Below are positions 60,050 through 64,000 of a stretch of 64,000 bases of DNA, piece by piece (within the stretch, counting starts at the first letter, position 1; each line of letters begins with the position of its first letter). Below the pieces are notes generated by a model. The model saw nothing but the letters and a program-made list of their open reading frames with translations. It was not told the DNA's origin and searched no databases. The DNA is taken from the NCBI GenBank assembly GCA_027482225.1, contig JAIXWD010000014.1, positions 74,719 to 138,718 on the forward strand, given 5' to 3'. Made by a program: the position numbers and the translations under genes. Source of the stretch: Bacteroidota bacterium (GTDB taxonomy: Bacteria; Bacteroidota; Bacteroidia; UKL13-3).

Positions 60050-61405
60050 TTGGAAAGTAGTTTAACTTCAGAACCTCCGGTCAATACTGTTTTAAGTATT
60101 ATTAATATAACACTTACCACTGCCGATGTGGCTACCATCTTTATAAGCATAACTGTGGTGGTGGCACTTATTGTTTGCTCGGCAATCATTTCTAGCTCAG
60201 AAAACGCTTTCTTCAGTTTATCTAAATTACAAATTGAAGAATTAACAGAGGAGGAATCACGCACTTCAAAATACATTGATTACTTAATCAATCACCCCAA
60301 ACATTTACTGGCCACCATACTTATATCAAACACTTTTGTAAACATTGCCATTGTTATGGTATCAACTGTAGTAATAGGTTTGTTGTTTGATTTTAGTACA
60401 AACCCCTTGTTTGGGTTTATGATTGAAATTGTACTGGTTACTTTTATATTGGTTCTGTTTGGCGAAGTAATGCCTAAAATATTTGCATCACAAAACAACA
60501 TGCGTGTTGCACGATTTGTGGCCATACCCATGTACTCTTTAAGTAAGGTGCTTAAACCTTTTGTGTTTTTATTGGTAAAATCAACTTCTATTATTGATAA
60601 ACGTGTTACCAAAAAAGGCCATATACTTTCGGTTGATGAGCTAACACATGCCATTGAAATTACCAACGAAGAAGAAACACCTCGTGAAGAAAAAATCATC
60701 CTAAAATCTATTGTAAATTTTGGCAACATAAACGTAAAACAAATTATGCGCCAAAGGCCCGATATTACAGCCATTAAATCGGATACTCCATTTAAACAAT
60801 TGTTGATGAAAATTAACGATTGGGGTTACTCGCGTGTGCCAGTTTATACAGATAATTTAGATAACATTAATGGTGTGCTGTATATTAAAGATTTGCTGCC
60901 TCACATGCACAATGCCGATGATTTTAACTGGCTTACTTTAATACGCAAACCATACTTTGTACCAGAGAGCAAAAAAATTGACGATTTATTAAAAGAGTTC
61001 CAAAGTAAACGTGTGCATTTGGCAGTGGTGGTTGATGAGTTTGGCGGCACACAAGGTATAGTTACCATGGAAGATATTTTGGAAGAAATATTTGGTGAAA
61101 TTAACGATGAGTTTGATGAAGACGAAGTATTTTACTCGCGCTTAAATGACCATACTTTTGTGTTTGAAGCTAAGATAGCCATAAACGACATGTGTAAGTT
61201 TATGGAAGTAGAAACTGAAGTATTTGATGATGCCCGACAAGATGCGGACACCCTTGGTGGCATGTTGCTGGAGCTGCAAGAAGAAATGCCAAAACAAGGT
61301 GATGAAATTGTGTATGCCGATTTTAAATTTGTAATTGAATCGGCTGATAAAAGAAGAATTAAAAGGGTGAAAGTAGAAGTACTTAACCCGCAAAACCAAG
61401 CCTAA
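60050..61405 (+). CDS. gldE: Gliding motility protein GldE (CorC/HlyC family: DUF21 TM domain, tandem CBS, CorC_HlyC C-domain)
   Basis: Domain order plus mutY-ssb-gldE-gldD synteny as described for Flavobacterium johnsoniae. Confidence 0.8.
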   Translation: MESSLTSEPPVNTVLSIINITLTTADVATIFISITVVVALIVCSAIISSSENAFFSLSKLQIEELTEEESRTSKYIDYLINHPKHLLATILISNTFVNIAIVMVSTVVIGLLFDFSTNPLFGFMIEIVLVTFILVLFGEVMPKIFASQNNMRVARFVAIPMYSLSKVLKPFVFLLVKSTSIIDKRVTKKGHILSVDELTHAIEITNEEETPREEKIILKSIVNFGNINVKQIMRQRPDITAIKSDTPFKQLLMKINDWGYSRVPVYTDNLDNINGVLYIKDLLPHMHNADDFNWLTLIRKPYFVPESKKIDDLLKEFQSKRVHLAVVVDEFGGTQGIVTMEDILEEIFGEINDEFDEDEVFYSRLNDHTFVFEAKIAINDMCKFMEVETEVFDDARQDADTLGGMLLELQEEMPKQGDEIVYADFKFVIESADKRRIKRVKVEVLNPQNQA

Positions 61406-61409
61406 ACAT

Positions 61410-61976
61410 ATGAGAATATTATTGCTGTTAACCGTTGTTGTTTTAGGTATTGGATGCGGTGAAGAGTACACCCCAAAACCACGCGGATTTCAGCGTTTTG
61501 AATTCCCACAAAAACAGTATAAAACCCACCACAACGATTGTGGATTTAGCTGCGAAATTCCAGACTATGCTACCGTGCTTCCCGACTTTAGCACCGAAAA
61601 TAAAAAGTGTTGGTTTAATGTATACTACCAACCATACAATGCTACTTTACACATTAGTTTTGATCAAGTAAAAAACCCGCGTGAGTTAGATCAACTTGCA
61701 GAAGATGCACGTACCTTGGTATATAAGCATACCGTAAAAGCAGATGAAATTTACGAAACGTACATAGAAAACGACAGGCTGCATGGTATGGTGTATGAAC
61801 TAAGCGGCAATACTGCAAGTAGTTTTCAGTTTTATGTAACCGATAGTGTAAAAAATTACATGCGTGGTGCACTTTATTTTAATGAGCGCACCAATGTAGA
61901 TAGCGTATCGCCTGTGCTTACCTATTTAAAAAAGGACATCTTACATATGATAGAAACCTTAAAGTGGGAAAAGTAG
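61410..61976 (+). CDS. gldD: Gliding motility lipoprotein GldD
   Basis: About 188 aa. Lipobox LGIGC. Position immediately downstream of gldE. Confidence 0.7.
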   Translation: MRILLLLTVVVLGIGCGEEYTPKPRGFQRFEFPQKQYKTHHNDCGFSCEIPDYATVLPDFSTENKKCWFNVYYQPYNATLHISFDQVKNPRELDQLAEDARTLVYKHTVKADEIYETYIENDRLHGMVYELSGNTASSFQFYVTDSVKNYMRGALYFNERTNVDSVSPVLTYLKKDILHMIETLKWEK

Positions 61977-62576
61977 CGTAATAGTTATGGGTCGACAGGT
62001 TGATCAGTCAAAGCTTATTCGAATTGCTATGAGAACTGGGGTTGTTTCGAAACTTAGTTCAGCGGAGCTAAAATAGGATTTACTTCAACATTTCACTTTT
62101 TCATATGATATATCCAACGGATATCCTTTGCAGCAATCATTTTATTTATCCCTAATTTCATTTTGTTAATATATTGCCTGTTTGTAGTACCTAAAAAATT
62201 GGTTATACATAATTTGTAAGCGGATTACTTTTTCAAATCCAAGTTTAGCCTATTTCATATTGTTACTTAATATCTTCCCATTACTTCATTTACATTCCAT
62301 TAATATTACTTTTACTACACTTTATATAATTTTTATGTTTTAATAAAAACAATTGGCTTATTTCGTCATGTATTTAAACCCTAACCTCATATGTATACCA
62401 TTAGCCCAAATTCCATTCATTTATTATTAAATAGTACGAAAGTATTAACCGTTTATAAGCGAATAAACATTCGCACTATTGGTTGTATTGCACTATTAGG
62501 CGAAATAGAAGGGGTTTGAGTTTCGTATATATTTAAGTTAGTGGTAATGCTAAAAAAGACAAACAAATAGAAACCT

Positions 62577-63263
62577 ATGATAAGTTTACAGACAGGTAAG
62601 CCGTTAGATATTTATCTTCCAAATATTTATAGATATATGGACAAACAGTTTATTGACCTATTTTTTGAAAAAGGGATTTTAAGACTAAGTTCATTTAAAA
62701 AATTCAAAGAGTACCTAGACGAAATTCGAGGGGACAAAAATGAAGGCAATGGAAGTGTGACAGGAACCACCGACAAATCAGGTTTTCAGTTTCACGTTAT
62801 GTCAAATGTAGGAAGTGACGCATATATTCTTTGCGGAAGTATTATTGACTCTGATTCTATAAGGAAAACCTTCGAAACGGACACTTGCTTTAGAATTGTA
62901 AAACCACTTGACTTTTCAGTTGCAGTTTCTAATGCAATTTTAGGCTTCAAGCAATCTTTTCAAGGGTTTTGTAATTATAGAGAACATAGAATGATTAAAA
63001 AATTGATTCCGGGTATGGACATAAATGACTTCACGGGGCCAGAAGGAACAATTATTATTGGCGGACAAAAAGGGATTGAAAGAACAGACCAGATTTTAGG
63101 TAATGGTATTGACCTAATGTTTTTAAAAGAGAAAAAGTATCAAGACCAATGTGAATATCGTTTTGTTTGGACAATTAACTCTCAATTTTATTCAATGTCT
63201 GACTTTATTGATATTGAATGTAAAGAAGCAGTACAATTTTGTGAGAGAGTAGAACAAGATTAA
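62577..63263 (+). CDS. Hypothetical protein (228 aa), first gene of AT-rich cassette
   Basis: ORF only. No nucleotide-binding or catalytic motif recognised. Confidence 0.4.
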   Translation: MISLQTGKPLDIYLPNIYRYMDKQFIDLFFEKGILRLSSFKKFKEYLDEIRGDKNEGNGSVTGTTDKSGFQFHVMSNVGSDAYILCGSIIDSDSIRKTFETDTCFRIVKPLDFSVAVSNAILGFKQSFQGFCNYREHRMIKKLIPGMDINDFTGPEGTIIIGGQKGIERTDQILGNGIDLMFLKEKKYQDQCEYRFVWTINSQFYSMSDFIDIECKEAVQFCERVEQD

Positions 63264-63264
63264 T

Positions 63265-63444
63265 ATGGCTAAAAAAGAAGCACATACCACTAACAGCACC
63301 TACACGCAAGGCGGGGTTTCATCTCCGCTTGACAGTTTTGAGGTAATAGAAAGTTCAGTTATCCGAACAAACTTTAGTGCTAAAAAGCCCGCCCTGCGTG
63401 TAGCTGCAAACCGTTATGCCTTATGCGTATACAGAGACAAATAA
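63265..63444 (+). CDS. Small ORF (59 aa) between cassette genes
   Basis: Manual translation MAKKEAHTTNSTYTQGGVSSPLDSFEVIESSVIRTNFSAKKPALRVAANRYALCVYRDK. Starts 1 nt after the previous stop. Below the ORF-track cutoff. Confidence 0.3.
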   Translation: MAKKEAHTTNSTYTQGGVSSPLDSFEVIESSVIRTNFSAKKPALRVAANRYALCVYRDK

Positions 63445-63455
63445 AACTATAAACT

Positions 63456-63752
63456 TTGACAGCAGTAGCAGGAATTTTAAATAAACAAGGCGTTGCAATT
63501 GCAGCTGATAGCGCAGTAACTGTTAATGGACCAAATCACAGAAAGGTATACAATTCAGCAAATAAAATTTTCACCCTTTCTAAATATCATCCTGTTGGCA
63601 TAGCAATATACAATAGTGCCCAAATTATGGGAATACCTTGGGAAATTTTAATAAAAGAATACCGAAAAAAATTAGGAGATAGAAGCTTTGAGAAATTATC
63701 GGATTACAAAACAGACTTTTTTTCTTGGCTTGAGTTCAATAAATATTTATAA
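63456..63752 (+). CDS. HslV/proteasome-beta-like Ntn-hydrolase, N-terminal half (98 aa)
   Basis: Thr directly after the initiator Met. TAVAGILNKQGVAIAADSAVT fits the proteasome-beta/HslV N-terminal signature (TTIVxVxxxGxVVIAGDxQAT). Downstream K and hydrophobic periodicity align to HslV residues 1-95. Confidence 0.45.
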   Translation: MTAVAGILNKQGVAIAADSAVTVNGPNHRKVYNSANKIFTLSKYHPVGIAIYNSAQIMGIPWEILIKEYRKKLGDRSFEKLSDYKTDFFSWLEFNKYL

Positions 63753-63764
63753 ATTTGAAACATA

Positions 63765-63986
63765 ATGAATTCATTTAAATTTAATTTCCCAACTTTTGAT
63801 ACAGAGGAATTTAATGAAATTATTCTTGAAGTTCCTTTAATCGCAATTGATGAAAATCAAAATACAAAGGTTTCAGATGACAGACTAATGTCCGCTTCAG
63901 TGAACGAAATGGCGACACTAATTGTTTCTGAAATGATGGCGACAGTTAAACAAGATCTTTCATTTATCAATCGCACGAAGGCATAA
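63765..63986 (+). CDS. Possible C-terminal half of the same HslV-like protein. Same reading frame as 63456-63752, separated by TAA and TGA
   Basis: In frame with the upstream fragment. The combined length of 175 aa equals HslV length. Weak LIAID / RLMSAS correspondence to HslV LLAVAD / LIAIGSGG. Confidence 0.35.
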   Translation: MNSFKFNFPTFDTEEFNEIILEVPLIAIDENQNTKVSDDRLMSASVNEMATLIVSEMMATVKQDLSFINRTKA

Positions 63987-64000
63987 CAAGACCTACCCAA

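Overview
This 64-kb window is chromosomal DNA from a gliding Bacteroidetes, most likely Flavobacteriia-like. The placement rests on the mutY-ssb-gldE-gldD gene order, four cargo proteins with type IX secretion system (T9SS) C-terminal sorting domains, low GC content and lipoprotein signal peptides. About 55 genes are called. Housekeeping genes are kbl, prmA, ftsH, recF, pdhA, ribH, purN, rlmD, aroQ, xerD, gcvT, rng, the HU DNA-binding protein gene, mutY, ssb and one tRNA-Met. Cell-surface and secreted genes include two giant T9SS proteins of 1839 and 1730 aa, a TonB-dependent receptor, an M43 metalloprotease, an M1 aminopeptidase and an OmpA-family lipoprotein.

Seven things are not explained by routine annotation:
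- A structured intergenic repeat family sits at three loci, with two copies in inverted orientation near 3.9 kb and 27.9 kb.
- The 1839-aa adhesin gene carries a 3.3-kb internal duplication plus triplicated 243-bp Ig-like modules.
- A 29-codon gene for a bS22-like ribosomal protein lies downstream of the HU and TPR genes and is missing from the ORF track.
- tRNA-Met is followed by a terminator and a tRNA-derived fragment.
- One open reading frame fuses a GNAT-like acyltransferase domain to a class-I/II aminotransferase.
- One arginase-fold protein has degenerate metal-binding motifs.
- Directly after gldD the sequence changes character. A 600-bp AT-rich gap with no ORF is followed by a compact, co-oriented cassette of small unknown genes. 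Two of them together look like an HslV/proteasome-beta-like Ntn hydrolase split by two in-frame stop codons. This is the best candidate in the window for an undescribed system, and it is cut off by the window end.

No CRISPR array, integrase-bounded island or phage genes were seen.
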